From Hemiscyllium ocellatum (Eukaryota): a stretch of 64,000 nt of DNA. This document shows, piece by piece, positions 50,481-63,600 of the stretch. Under the pieces are notes generated by a model that saw only the letters and a list, made by a program, of their open reading frames with translations, did not search any database and was not told the DNA's origin. Location of the stretch: assembly GCF_020745735.1 (NCBI RefSeq), contig NC_083417.1, positions 64,356,001 to 64,420,000 of the forward strand, written 5' to 3'. The stretch's first letter is position 1, and every line of letters starts with the position of its first letter. Made by a program: the position numbers and the translations under genes.

Positions 50481-52229
50481 CATTGTGTTTGCTGTTTCTT
50501 TAATAGGTTTATTAAGGTTGTATCTTTGCATCCAATCTGACACTTGTCAATACCTGCTTCTTCATTAAAGTAATTTGTCCTGGGCGTAAAATATCAATTT
50601 GTTGTTGAGTAAAGGAGCTTTGCTGACTTGTTCTCAATGCTGAACATTTCACAGTCTGTAAATTGTATGATTGATGAAATCCAAACATGGGTGCATTTAA
50701 AAATGGTATACACATTGGAAGATTAGGATTAGTAAAATAAAATAGTTCACCTCTCCACTATCAGTCAATGCACAAATTACTTTTAGAACTATGTGTTGGT
50801 GCTCTTGAGCTGAAAGATTGAGACTCATCCGTTACTTTGCTTAATTAGCAACTCACAATTTTCAATATTAATTCGGTGGGTGGTTAAGGCAATAAGGTTA
50901 AAATGATGCAGCCTTCTGTACAACTAATCGTTCTCCCAAACATTGACCTTTTACTTGCATTGTTGTTTTTTTTTGAAAGATGCACCACCACTTCAGTTAA
51001 TGCATTATCACCTTTTCGATGGTGCAACAGTAAACTGCTATTGGAAAATCTATTGTGGCAAAACAAAATACCATTGGTGGAGAGCTGTGCAAATTCTGTT
51101 CAAAGCCTCATGGGCTCAAAACGGATTGTAGTTTATTCTCTCTGGTAGTATCTTTAAATTAACAGCAGATTAAATGCATACATAACATTGGTCGATTCCA
51201 ACAATTCTTTATAATGACAAGTGACCTCAAATTGACTGGCTGTTGCAAGCAGAATACATGAGGAATTATTTAGGAGTTGAAAATGAGAAAAATTGAGGAA
51301 CAGCACAGCTGAGACTATTTCAGTAGTTCTTTAAAAATGTCAGAACCCATAAAATATTTAATATTTTGTGATGCCACATGGATAGTTGTGAGCTCGGTGG
51401 TTGTTAACATTAGCAAAAAGGAAATTGGCATCCCCATTCAGGAAATGCATGGATTATTCAAATGACTTTACCTTCAACAATTTCATATTCAATAACATGA
51501 ATGAGATTGGCAATCACAACACAGCAAAGCACCATAGAACTCAAAACACTCACGTGGGAACATCACTCACCAAGAGAAAACAGCCAATGTTGATTTGTAG
51601 TAGGTCGTATGGACTCTGTGTTTATTGAATTCAGACCTATGCCCGATAGAGCTAATATTGTAGCATTATAAAGTCTCAATTAGAGAAACGTATCGGCTGA
51701 ATATAAATTATAACAGACTTGGTGAGGTTTTGTTCAGAAAAACAGTTGAAAAAATTTTAACCAAATACTTGACTTTCTATGTTACGATATCAGTGTATTG
51801 TTACATCTCTGGTGGGTAGCATCACACGGCATGCAGAAGCCTGAGTTGACGTAACAGATAAATGAAAGCAAAATTTCTTGTGGATGGGTGGTAGTTTTCC
51901 TACCGCTGTGCAAGGAGGTTGGAGTCGGGTCCCAACTGCTTCAGGAGATGTCCATTTCGGAAAAGCTTGATTACAAAATATGGACACCAATCGCATGACG
52001 CTTGTATCTAAATGTATGTTCCCAATACGTATGGTTTCTATTTGGACCGTTTCTTTCTATAAATGGGAGTATTCTGAAATTCATTCTTCATTTTTCTACA
52101 TTCACGTTTTCTCTGTGCATATCATCTCATCAAAGGCCAGTACTCGTTCAATCTGCAAATCCAATGTTTGACAATATCACTAATTTATTACTTTAGGTGG
52201 TATTTCAAAATAATTACCAGAAAAGCTAC

Positions 52230-54287
52230 CAAACGCCGATTTTCTGAACAGTGTTCAGAAAATTTCTGAATTTCCGATTTCCTGCAGTGAGTTAGGAAAA
52301 GGTGAACAGATATACCTGGTGTAACTTGGGATAGGTTGCATCTCAACCAAAGAGTTGGAAATTCCATACAGCCCATCGGGGTTCTTCATATTAGCTATAC
52401 CTGTCACTATTGCGTTCTCAATGTCATTTTTATATCAGGTGATCGTGAGTTCCACGGATGAAATGCAACTGCTTCATACGCGAGAATCCGAGACAACAGT
52501 GGAATTCATTTCAAGTGGCCTGCAGGCAATCCACAGTGAGCTTGGGTTCGCTGAGGTGTAGAAGACAAACAAAGTTGTTATCGGATTTTGATATGAGAAA
52601 TTAAATATAATTCGGATTTATATTCGGTAGTTTTATGATTAGAACAGCATTCGAAAGGTTACTTCTGTCATTTTAACGTTTCTCACATCATCTGCAACTA
52701 TGAATTCAATGTAAACGCCAGCATGCAATGAATTTCATGACAGCTGCATTTTCCTAGCTGCTATCAATTCGGAACAGGGATCACTGGAGTTGATAATTTA
52801 ATTGTTGTCTCTTCATCGACACTGTCAGACTTTCTGAGTTTCGCCAGCAACATGTGGTTTTGCTTCAGATTTCCAGCATGCATAATTCTTTGTTTTAAAT
52901 TTTGATAGCATCAAAATGGGCCAACAGTCGTCTATGTATAGGGAGAAGCACATTATTCTAGATGATTTTCAATTACCATATGTTTGCAATTTGTCCAGAA
53001 CTTCCTCAATCGGGCACATATTACATAATGTACACAAAAAGTATGTTATGTTTGGAGTTCTAATCAATCTGATTAAACTTCATTTGCTTTCGAGTTTTGA
53101 GATGATTTCTAGCTCTGATTGAGTTTCTGAATGGAGGTTTGCTAGCTGAGCTGGAATCCTCGTTTCCATTTGTAGTGCTCTCGCACATTACCCCAGTATC
53201 ACACTCACACGCCCACGCAGTCTCCCACCATCACACTCCTCACACACCTGAAACTGAGCTCCTGCCTGTGAACAGCGACCCAGTTCATCCCCATTCTATT
53301 CCTTGAGTAACAGACAGTGGAAGAACGTGCAAACTCCACATTGTCAGTCGCCTGAGGCGGGAATTGAACCCGGGTTTCTTGCTCTGTGAGGCAACAAGGC
53401 TAACCACTGTGCCACCGTGCCGCCCAATTTGTTTCTTATACTCATCTGTAAAAAGTAAGCAAAATCTAGCTTTTGCTTTATTTGTCTACCGTGAAACCAT
53501 GGAAGATGAAAGTACAATTTATCTGAAAATGTGCTGATAGTCATGCTTGTACTGACAAAAAAAAATGCGACACAATAATCACAAAAGCAAAACATAGTAC
53601 TGCGGTTGTTGGAAATCTCAAGCTGGCTTGGACATGGCTGGAGAAATTCAGCAGGTCTGGCGGCATCTGTGGAAAGAAACAGATATGACTTTTTGTCAGT
53701 GCTCAGTTCTGCTTCTCTCTCCACAGATCCACAATTTAAATAACAAAAGAACGCGAATTGTCTTGAATGAATTATCAACTGTTCGTCTTCCTGGTGATTG
53801 TCACCTACCATTCATGCATCAGTGTGATCCGATCCTTGTTGAATATTGTACAGTAATAAAGTCCAAAATCTTGGATAGTCACTTGCAGCAAGCATAGGAG
53901 AGCACTCACTTCATGTCTCACACTAAATTGCTTTCTGCTATTGCCAGGGATTAGGAATTAATTCTCGCCCTGTTTCCACCAATGCTCATTTATCGAGGAA
54001 TGCTCCCCAGAAGTGGGAAAGAAGCAGATCAAGGTGAATCTCTTCTTTCTTTAGGTTTTTGAATAGCACCAAAAACAGCGTGTTCCTCAGCTGCCAGAAC
54101 ATAGGGTCACACATAATTTAATTGTACTGGGCAAAACATGCAGATCGAAGAGGGAGAAAAGATGTTATTTTGCGGAATTATATTTCGGTAAATAAATATG
54201 CGATAAATTTATTTAGGTAGGGGGATGATCAAAGAGGTATTTATCTGTGCAAATAATATCCCTGAGAATCAAGCGTCGGAAAACCAT
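52230..54287 (-). pseudogene. VJ-C1 receptor pseudogene, copy 2 (leader 54245-54287, V about 53800-54090, C1 about 52230-52550)
   Basis: Leader donor mutated GT->AT. V remnant FTLICFFP..HWWKQGEN*..LLQVTIQDFGLYYC with a frameshift. C1 remnant with frameshifts and Trp->TGA (52435-52437). Confidence 0.87.
53321..53426 (-). mobile_element. 5' part of an HE1 SINE, apparently copied with its flank from 55480-55640
   Basis: Shares diagnostic variants (GGGTTTCTTG, CAACAAGGCT) and the downstream flank with the 55305-55586 SINE. Confidence 0.75.
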
Positions 54288-55304
54288 ACTCGCTTTTCAT
54301 TCTGAACACTAAATTTAATTGATACCTGTCAACACTAGCTGCGAGACTGCAACATTGAAAGATAACTTCCGGTTATTGTTCCATCACTTATGAGGCTAAT
54401 AACGTTTGTCTTTTTGTAACTGTGGCTTCTGCAAATTGGCTTCATTTCTTAGGCCTAATCTTTGCATTGACATTGAAAGACATGCGTTGTTGACAGAACA
54501 GGAAAATGCAACCATTTCAAATGTCACATTTCTCAACACTTTTAAGAGATCAGTAACTAAACACGGTGCGTCACATTAGTGCAACCAATTGAACGTTTAG
54601 TTGAGCGTGTCAAACGATGCAGAGAAATTCAGAATTCAAAGCAATTAGATGCCGCTCTTAATTATTTAAGATAAACTAAGAGAAAGTAGGAGACTATACA
54701 TGCGACAGACGTCAGGTGAATAACTGAACTAAAAACCAGGTCAATATAGATTCGAATAGGAACTGAAAAGGCAGATTAGAGAAGCTGAAAGAAAAGTTAT
54801 GAGTGGTGAAAAAGCACACAACAAAGCTTTTCCTGGCATTCACTGACTGAAGAGCTGCTAAGAAATGTATTGTGGCTGATCAGGGTCCAAAAAGTGGTTT
54901 AGCAGCGGTTGGCATGGCTGAACGACTGAATGCCAATTTGTAAATGTCTCCTTGAAGAGAGTGCTGCCCTGCTCATGGCGAAATGGTGGATATTTCGTTC
55001 GTTGAAGGTGTTTAAATTTGATATCAAGGATTCCTTACGTTGATAAGGAATCGGGACTAGATGAGATGTAAGCAATGTTACCAGGCCAAAGAGTGGCAAT
55101 TGTGGACTCACTGGCTGTTGTGCGATAACAAAGGAGACTCGATCCAAATTAATTGCAAAGTGACGTAAGGCAATTGATAGAATGGAAAAATGCCTCAGAA
55201 AGCTTCAAGAGACAGCTCAAAAATTTGACTGATCTTCAGATATCCATACCAGTTCTTGCAAAATCAAAAAGCCCACATTGCGTCAGTGCATCTACGCTTT
55301 TTTT

Positions 55305-55586
55305 TAAGATTAGATTACATACAAGTCCACACCGACCTGCCGAAGCGCAACCCACCCACACACCTAATTTTACCCCTTAACTAACACTACGGGCAATTTA
55401 GCATGGCCAATTCACTTAACCCGCACATCTTTAGACTGTGGGAGGAAACCGGAGCACCCAGAGGTACCCCCGCAGACACGGGGAGAACGTGCAAACTCCA
55501 CACAGTCAGTCGCCTGAGGCGGGAATTGAACCCGGGTTTCTTGCGCTGTGAGGCAACAAGGCTAAGCACTGTGCCACCGTGCCGCC
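55305..55586 (-). mobile_element. HE1/V-SINE, present only in duplicon copy 2
   Basis: Inserted in a T-run. The copy 1 site (about 3640-3650) is empty. Confidence 0.9.
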
Positions 55587-55650
55587 CAATTTGTTCCTTA
55601 TACTCGTCTGAAAAAAGTAAGCAAAATCTGGCTTTTGCTTCTTCATTATG

Positions 55651-55955
55651 GGTGGCACATTCGTTAGCATTGTTGCCTCACAGCGCCAGAGGCCTGGGTT
55701 CAATTCCCCACTTAGGCAACTGTCTGTGTGGAGTTTGCACGTCCTCCCCCTGTCTGCGTGGATTTCCTCCGGGTGCTCCAGTTTCCTTCCACAGTCCAAA
55801 AATGTGCATGTTAGATGAATTGGCAATGCTAAATTGTCTCGTAGTGTTCGGTGAAGAGATAAATGTCGGTGGATGGGTCTGGGTGAGTTGCTCTTCAGAG
55901 GGTCGTTGTGAACTTGTTGGGCCGAAAGGCCTGTTTCCGTACTGTAAGTAATCAA
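55651..55955 (+). mobile_element. HE1/V-SINE, orthologue of 3704-4016
   Basis: Same flanks as the copy 1 SINE. Confidence 0.9.
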
Positions 55956-58150
55956 AATAAAAAGTTCTCTTCCACGTCAAGATATCTGGTCCCTTGCCTT
56001 CTTTGACAGAATCCATTTCCCATCTTCTTCATTTGTCCTGTTCAATTGCAAGACCACTGATGTGATATTTCATTTAACCTGTTATCTGTTATTATCAGGA
56101 AAACTATTCCCTCCTCAGATGGCATGCACCCGAAAAAGTCATTGGTCCTAAAACGTTTTGCAACACCAGCAAGACTATGTAAAGTTTAAATACCATGTAT
56201 CAATGTATTCAAGCATGAACCTATTCAGTTTTCCTCCTTTAGTCCAACAGTACAATGTGCTTCCACTGCCACCATGAAGTTATACACAGTAACATCCAGC
56301 CCCAACTGAATTGTCAGTGCTAAGTCTGGCTTCTCTCAAAGAGCAGTGTGACGGACTTCATACTCTTCTTTTTTGCCTAAATTGGAAGTGTGTGCACTCT
56401 AGCTAGACAGTAGGTTCGCATATCAGGATTACTTTCTGAAGCTACAAAGCTATGGTCACCACATCGACTTCCATAGAACCTCTCCTGCAGCGCAGGCAAG
56501 AATCTACCTATAGGAAAATGGTAATGAGTAGTTGAACTACATTGAAAACAATTTTAATCCATGGGTGAACATGAAACAACACACGCTATTCCCAAATAGC
56601 CGCCATAATTCCACATTCAATCCTTCAATTAAATCTGTCTCCAAACACTCGGCCAACTGTGGACGGGATGTCTCTGCTTCATTTTCACCTGGGACTCGCT
56701 TGATCGTACTCAGTAAATGGTTTAACAGTTCAAGGATTCGCTTCCCCTCGGGAAACAGGTCTCTCAGAGTACAGTTTTTATTTGAGATAGTCTGTTAAAA
56801 TCAGCTCCTGGGCAGAGCCATCAATATTTTCTATCCACCTTATTAAGAATGCTTTTTAACACCATTCGAGCAGGGAGGACTTGAACCCAAAGAGCTACTG
56901 AAGGCCTTTTTAGTTTTGAACATGCTCACCAGCTGCTCTCCAGGCATTTGAGCCAAGTCGCCACACACTCAACGTTGCTACTTCAGTCACATTACCATTA
57001 CACCACCCTCTTCCCAGCGACACACCCTGATCACTGAGAACAATTTTCTGTTACTTTTATTATTTTAATCAAAATGCTCAGGGATGTTATAACACAATTA
57101 CAGAATATGTGGAACATAAACCCTTCCCCATTCTCCACTCAGAAGTAGGAACACTAACACTGCACCAGGTATTATGCAATTTCCAATTACTGCTGTTGCC
57201 TTGAGACTGAATCAGAAGTTTGAGTTAATGACTGGAAAGTGATAATAAGCATATTGACCCCACCAAGGCACATCTGGGCCACGTAATTGTCTTCTCTACC
57301 ATGATATGCCACCTGGTAGGTTTTACGCAAAGTTAAGCAATGGAGTCCCAGTCAGCGATACTGAGGTCTCACGAATGGATAAAAACAGAAGTTTCCATTG
57401 AAGATCAGCTGCAGTAAAAAGTAAAAGAAGTCGGAGTCATGGTCATACAATTATATAGCACAGAAACAGACCCTTTGGTCCAACTCGTCTACGCTGACTG
57501 ATTGGCCTAAACTAATCTCGTCGTAAATGCCAGCATTTGGCCCATGTCTCTCTAAACTCGTCCTATTCCTGTACCCATCCAGATGCATTTTACGTGTTGT
57601 AAAGATAGCAGCCTCCATTGCTTTCTCTGGCAGCTTGTTCCATATACACACCATCATCTGTGTTAAAACATTGCCCCTTTGTCCACTTTTCAACTTTGCA
57701 CTTTACACTCCGAACCAATGGCTTCTAGTTTTGGCCTCCCCTCACCTGGGCTTTCATCCTAGCGTAGCCCCTCATGATTTTATAAATCTCTATAAGGTCA
57801 CCCTCTCAGCCTCCGACGGTCCAGGGGAAAACCTGCTGTCTATTCAGTCTCTCCCTGTAGCTCTATCCTTCCAATCCTGGCAACATGCTTATGAATCCTG
57901 TCTGCACCCTTTAACAACATCTCTCCTAATCAGAATTTAATGCAGTATTCTATATGTGGAATAACCAGTGTCCTTTCTAGCAAGATGTTCCCTCGTCAAA
58001 GACTGAATACTATTGGTGAATTTCATTTGAAGGTTATCAGGCTCAAGAGGACGACACGAAAAGTGAACCACGTCACAAAGTTCAGTCTGCCATGAAAAGT
58101 AGAAATTTATGAGCAAATGTGGCAGCAAAATGGGCAGCAGGATTTGTATT

Positions 58151-58277
58151 GCTACAAATGTGTTGCTGGAAAAGCGCAGCAGTTCAGGCAGCATCCAAGG
58201 AACAGGAAATTTGACGTTTCGGGCATAAGCCCTTCATCAGCCCTTCTGATCTCCAACATCAGCAGGCCTCACTTTCC
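58151..58277. mobile_element. 127-bp non-autonomous Penelope-derived insertion with 16-bp target-site duplication
   Basis: Flanked by CAGCAGGATTTGTATT (58135-58150) and CAGCAGGAATTGTATT (58278-58293); absent at the copy 1 site (about 6480-6495). Confidence 0.8.
58213..58240 (-). ncRNA. Minimal hammerhead-ribozyme motif, intact core
   Basis: CUGAUGA-A-GGGC-UUAU-GCCC-GAAACGUC, with perfect helix II, palindromic ACGU helix III and a GUC triplet. Confidence 0.7.
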
Positions 58278-61200
58278 CAGCAGGAATTGTATTCCCAGGA
58301 AAGTAGCAACATACGCAAAAGGAGAACAATAGGCAGAAAACACATAAGGAGACGCCCAGAGTCAAATTGGAGCAATAGGAGAAAACAGAAGATGGAAAAC
58401 GTTAAATGCAGGGACTGCTTCCAACAGTAAAACTTTGGTCCACTCCTCCTCCACTCCAAATACTCCCCACTCCCGCATGGCACCTTCCCTTGCAGTCACA
58501 GAACGTATAACACCTGCCTATTTACATCTTCCCTCCTCACTTTCCAAGTCACCAGAGTCGCCTTCCATGAGAGGCAGTGACTTACCTGCACTGCACTCAC
58601 TTTAGTCTAATAAATTCACTGCTCACAATGTGGTCTCATCTAGGTTGGGGAGACAAAATATAGACTGGGCAGCAACTCTGTGTAACACCTCGTTGTGTCT
58701 ATAAACATTTTCCTAAGCTGGTGGCAATTCAACACTAGACCATGTTCCCTGGGCAATATATATGCCTTGAGCTTTTTGCAGTGCTCACTGAGACTGGGCA
58801 GAAGCTGGAAGAACCACTGGGGACTCAATATCGAGTTCAATATTTTTCATGAGCTACGTCCCCGTCCTTTACCCATTCCCAGACTCCAAGCCATTTCATG
58901 ACATGCTTGATTTCAGCACGACCAATCTATTTTCTTTTTTGTTAATTGAACAAATGTTTCTAATCAACCTGTTCCTAGGTGCCATTGCACACCTCTGGAC
59001 CCCTTACTCTGGGTCTCCAGGTCTAGGGGTTGAGACATTGTCATTTTTCTACAAGGGGACACACGACCAAACCTATTTTCACCTATTTTAGTTCCTCATT
59101 ATCAGCTTTCTCCTTTCCTCGCATACCATTGGGACCAGTTGTGGGGGAGGTGGGACTATTGCAAATTGGACAGACAGCTCCTGGACTGGGCTAGAACCAA
59201 CGTTCTTGGGGGAGTTTTTGTACATGCTGTTGGAGGGAGTTTAAACTAATGTAACAAGGGGATGGGAAACAAATGTGGGGGTTAGTGGAAAATAAGGAGT
59301 ACAAACTAAAGCCAGGAAGGATCTAGATAATGAAGTCTGGACGATTAAGGATAAGTGTAGACAGGGAGCAGATGATGAATGCAAAGGGAATGCAAAGAGA
59401 TGCATTTGTTTCAGTGCGAGAAGTGTAGTGGGTAAGTCAGATGATACAGGGTTGGGATTCATACCTGGGAGTATGACATTATTGATATTACTGAGACTTA
59501 GTTGAGTGAAGGACATGAATGGCAACTAAATATTACAGGATATCAATGCTTCAGGGGGATACAGACGCAGTTGAAAAGTGTGCAAGAATTGCATTACTGG
59601 TCAGAGACGATGTCACAGCTGTGCTGAAGGTGGGCACTGTGGAGGAATCGAGCAGTGAGGCAATATGGACAGAGTTCAGAAATAGGAAGAGTGCAGTAAC
59701 AATTTTGGGGTTGTACTGCACCCCTCCCAACAGTGAGTGTGAGATGGAGGTGCAAATATCTAAACAGATGATCGAACTATGTAGGAGCAACAGGGTGGAG
59801 GTAATAGGATATTTTAATTTTCCCAACATTGACTATGATCCACTTCGTATTGGAGGTATTGATTGAGCAGAATTTGTAAGGAACATCCAACTTAATAGAG
59901 TTCTTGGAGGAACTAAACAAGTTATTAGATGAGGGAAGGGCTGTTGATATCATATACATAGACTTTAGTAAGGCATTTGATAAATGTCCCCATTGTAGAC
60001 CAATGGAAAAAGCGAAGTCGCATGGTATGCAGGATGTTCTAGCTATGTGGATAAGAACTGGTTGAGCAACAGAAGACAGACAGTAGTAGTTGAAGGGAGT
60101 TTCTAGAAATGGAGAAAGGTGACCAGTCGTGTTCCACAGAGGTTAGTATTGAGGCCACTCTTGTTTATAATATAGATAAATGATATAGAAGAGGGCACTG
60201 TTTTTTTATGATCAGCAGTTTGCAGTTGACACAAAGATTGATGGAGTAGCAGAAAGCATAAGGGACTGTCCGAGAATACAGGAACATATAGATAGACTGG
60301 AGAGTGGGCAGGAAGAGTGGCAGATGGCTTTCAATTCAGACAAATGTGAGGCACGCCTAATGCTATAGCAAATTATACAATGAATGGAAGATCCCTGGGA
60401 AAAGTTGATGGGCAAAGAGATCTGAGAGTGCAGGTCCATTGTACCCAGAATATTGCTGCACAGTTGGATAGAGTGGTCAAAAGGGTATATAGTTTGCTTG
60501 CTTTCATTGGATGGAATATTGAGTATAAGAGCTGGCAAGTCATGTTAAAATTGTACAAGACATTGGTTCGGCCACATTTAGAATACAGTGTACAGTTTTG
60601 GTCGCCACATTACCAACAGGAGGTGGAAACTTTGGAGAGTGTGCAGAGAAGTTTTACGAGAATGTTGCCTAGTATGGATGGTGCTAGCTATGAAGAGAGG
60701 TTGAGTAGGTTACGTTTATTTTCATTAGGAAAATGGAGATTGAAGGGAGACCTGATTGAGGTTAACAAAATCATGAAGTGTATAGACAGGGTGGACAGAG
60801 ACAAGCTTTTACCCAGGGTGAAGGATTCAATAGCGAGAGGTCATGCTGTCAAGGTGACAGGTGGAAAGTTTAAGGGGGATAGACGTGGCGACTACTTCAC
60901 ACAGAGGTGGTAGAGGCAGGCACGGTAGATTCATTTAAGATGCGTCTGAACAGATGCATGAGGAGGTGGGGAACAAAGAGATACAAATGCTTAGGACTTG
61001 ACCGTCAGGTTTAGACAGTACATTTGGATTGGCTCAGGCTTGCAGGGCCGAAGGGCCCATTCCTGGGCTGTAAATTTTATTTGTTCTTTCTTCTTTGTTC
61101 ATCCGGGAGAGTTTTCTAAAGCAATATGTAAATAATCCAACTCGGGAAGGGAATAAGCCTGGCCAGGTGGTTAAAGTTTCAGTAAGGAATTACTTTGGGA

Positions 61201-63572
61201 ACAGTGATCAAAATTCCGTAAGTTTTAGAATACTCATGGACAAAGACGAGAGTGGTCCTAAAGGGAGAGTTCTAAATTGGGGTAAGGTCAACTATACCAA
61301 AATTTTGCAGAAACTGGGGAATGTGTATCGGAATCAGCTGTTTGAAGGTAAATCCACATTTGGCATGTGGCAGACTTTTAAAGAAAGGTTGTTTAGAGTA
61401 CAGGAGATACATGTTCCCTTGAAAATGAGGGATAGAAATGACAAGATTAAGGAACCATGGATGATAGGTGAAGTTGTGAGACTAGCTACATCAAAACAGG
61501 AAGCATACATAGACGTCTAAAGATGGACAAAGCTTTGGAAGAGTATTGGGAATGTAGGACCAATCTGAAATGAGGGATTAAGAGGGCTAAATGGAGGCAT
61601 GATATATCTTAAGCAAACTGGGTTAAGGAAAATCCTAAAACCTTTTATTCCTATATAAGGAGCAAGAGAGTAACTAGAGAAAGGGTGAGTCCTCTCAAGG
61701 ACAAAGAGAGAAAAGTTATGTGTGGTGTCAGGGAAAATGGGTGAGATTCTTAATGAGCAATTTGCATCAGTATCCACCGAGGAGAGGAACATGACAGATG
61801 TTGAGATGAGGCATAGATGTTTAATTACTCTAGGTCACGTTAGCATAATGAGGGAGGAAATGTTGGGTATTCTAAAATGTATTAAGGTGGACAAGTCCCC
61901 AGGTCCGGATGGGATCGATCTCAGGTTCTGGAGGGAAGTGAAATGGAAAGAACTCGGCTTTAACAGATATCTTTGCAACATACTTGAACATGGGTGAGGT
62001 CTTGTACGACTGGAGAATTGTGAATGTTGTCCTCTTGTGTGAGAAGTATAAAAAGGGTAATCCAGGTAATTAAAGACTGGCGAGCCTGACATTAGTGATA
62101 GGAAAGCTGCTGGAGAAGATACTAAGGGATAGGATCTATTCCCATTTGGAAGAAATGGGCTTATCAGTGACAGGCAACATGGTTTTGTGCTTGGAACATC
62201 ATGTCTTACCTACTTTATTGAATGCTTTGACGAAATAACAAAGTTGATTGATGAGGGAAGGAATGTAGATTTTACATACATAGACTCCAGTAAGGCATTT
62301 GATAAGGTTCCCAGTAGTAGGCTGATGGAAAAAGTGAAATCACATGGGCTCCATGGTGTACTAGCTAAATGGATGAAGACCTGGCTGGGAAACAGGAGAC
62401 AAGAGTAGTTGTAGAGGGGATTTTCTCAAAATGGAGAACTGTGACCAGTGTGTTCCATAGGGATTCATGCTGGAACCACTGTTGTTTGTGATGTACACAA
62501 AATGATCTGGAGGAAGATACAGGTGTTCTGATTAGCAAGTTTGCAGATAACACTCAGATTGGCGGAGTAGTGGAGTCTGAGAATGCAGAAGAGTATATAA
62601 ATTGGAGAGTTGGGTGGATAAATGGCAGTTGGATTCAATCTGGGAAAATGTGAGGTGATGCATTTTAGAAGATCCAATTCAAAAGCAAACTAGACAAGAA
62701 ATGGAAAAGTCCTCGGGAAAATTGATGTACAGAAAGATGTATTTGTTCAGGTCCTCTGTACCCTGCAAGTGGCAATGCAGTTCAATAGAGTGATCAAAAA
62801 GGCATACAGTATGCTTTCCTTCATTGGACGGTGTATTGAGTACAACAGTTAGCAGAGCATATTACAATTGTATAAGACATTAGTTTGGCCATATTTGGAA
62901 TACAGCGGATAGTTCTGTTCATTACATAACCAAAAGGATATGGATGCTTTGGAGAGGATGCACAGGAGGTTCACTGTGATGTTGCCTGATATGGAGAACA
63001 CGAGCTATGAAGAGTGATTGAGTACATAGTATTATTTTTATTAGAAAGGCGGAGGTCGAGTGGACCTGATTGAGGTCTACAAAATCATGAGATGTAGAGA
63101 CAGAATGGATAGCAAGAAGCTTTTTCCCAGAGTGGTGGACTCAATTACTAGGGGTCATGAGTTCAAAATGCGAGGGGAAATATTTAGGGAGATATGCATG
63201 GAAAGTTCTTTACTTAGAGGGTAATGAGTGCCTGGAACACGTTGCCAGCAGAAATGGTAGGGCCAAGCATAGTACCATCATTTGAAATGTGTCTAGATAA
63301 ATGAATGGACAGGGAGGAGGGGGATACAGCTCCTTAGCAAATAGGTGACAGTTTTATCAGAGGATCTGGATCAGGCTTGGAGGGCTGAAGGGCCTGTTCC
63401 TGTGCTGTGATTTTATTTGTTCTTTGGTCTTTGTCTCTTTGCATGTCTAACTGTCATACAGCTCCCATTGGTATCCACCTGGGAGAAAGTGAGGACTGCA
63501 GGTACTGGAGATCAATGCCAGAAAGTCTGATGCTGGAAAAGCACAGCCTGTCAGGCAGCACAGGAATCATTC

Positions 63573-63600
63573 CTGATGAAGAGCTTATGCTCGAAACGTC
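63573..63600 (+). ncRNA. Minimal hammerhead-ribozyme motif, intact core
   Basis: CUGAUGA-A-GAGC-UUAU-GCUC-GAAACGUC. The paralogous site (11785 onwards) is deleted after GAGCTT. Confidence 0.7.

Noticed and set aside
50957-51049. Alternative TM-exon remnant (DFSNSSLLL...)
   Set aside because: Only a short NSSL similarity; the rest is hydrophilic and frameshifted.
55403-55955. Overlapping 149-182 aa ORFs on both strands
   Set aside because: Chance read-through of two inverted SINEs.
60380-60913. 177-aa ORF, and similar 100-160 aa ORFs at 24645-25040, 25985-26467 and 61095-61520
   Set aside because: They are pieces of decayed CR1 ORF2, not host genes.
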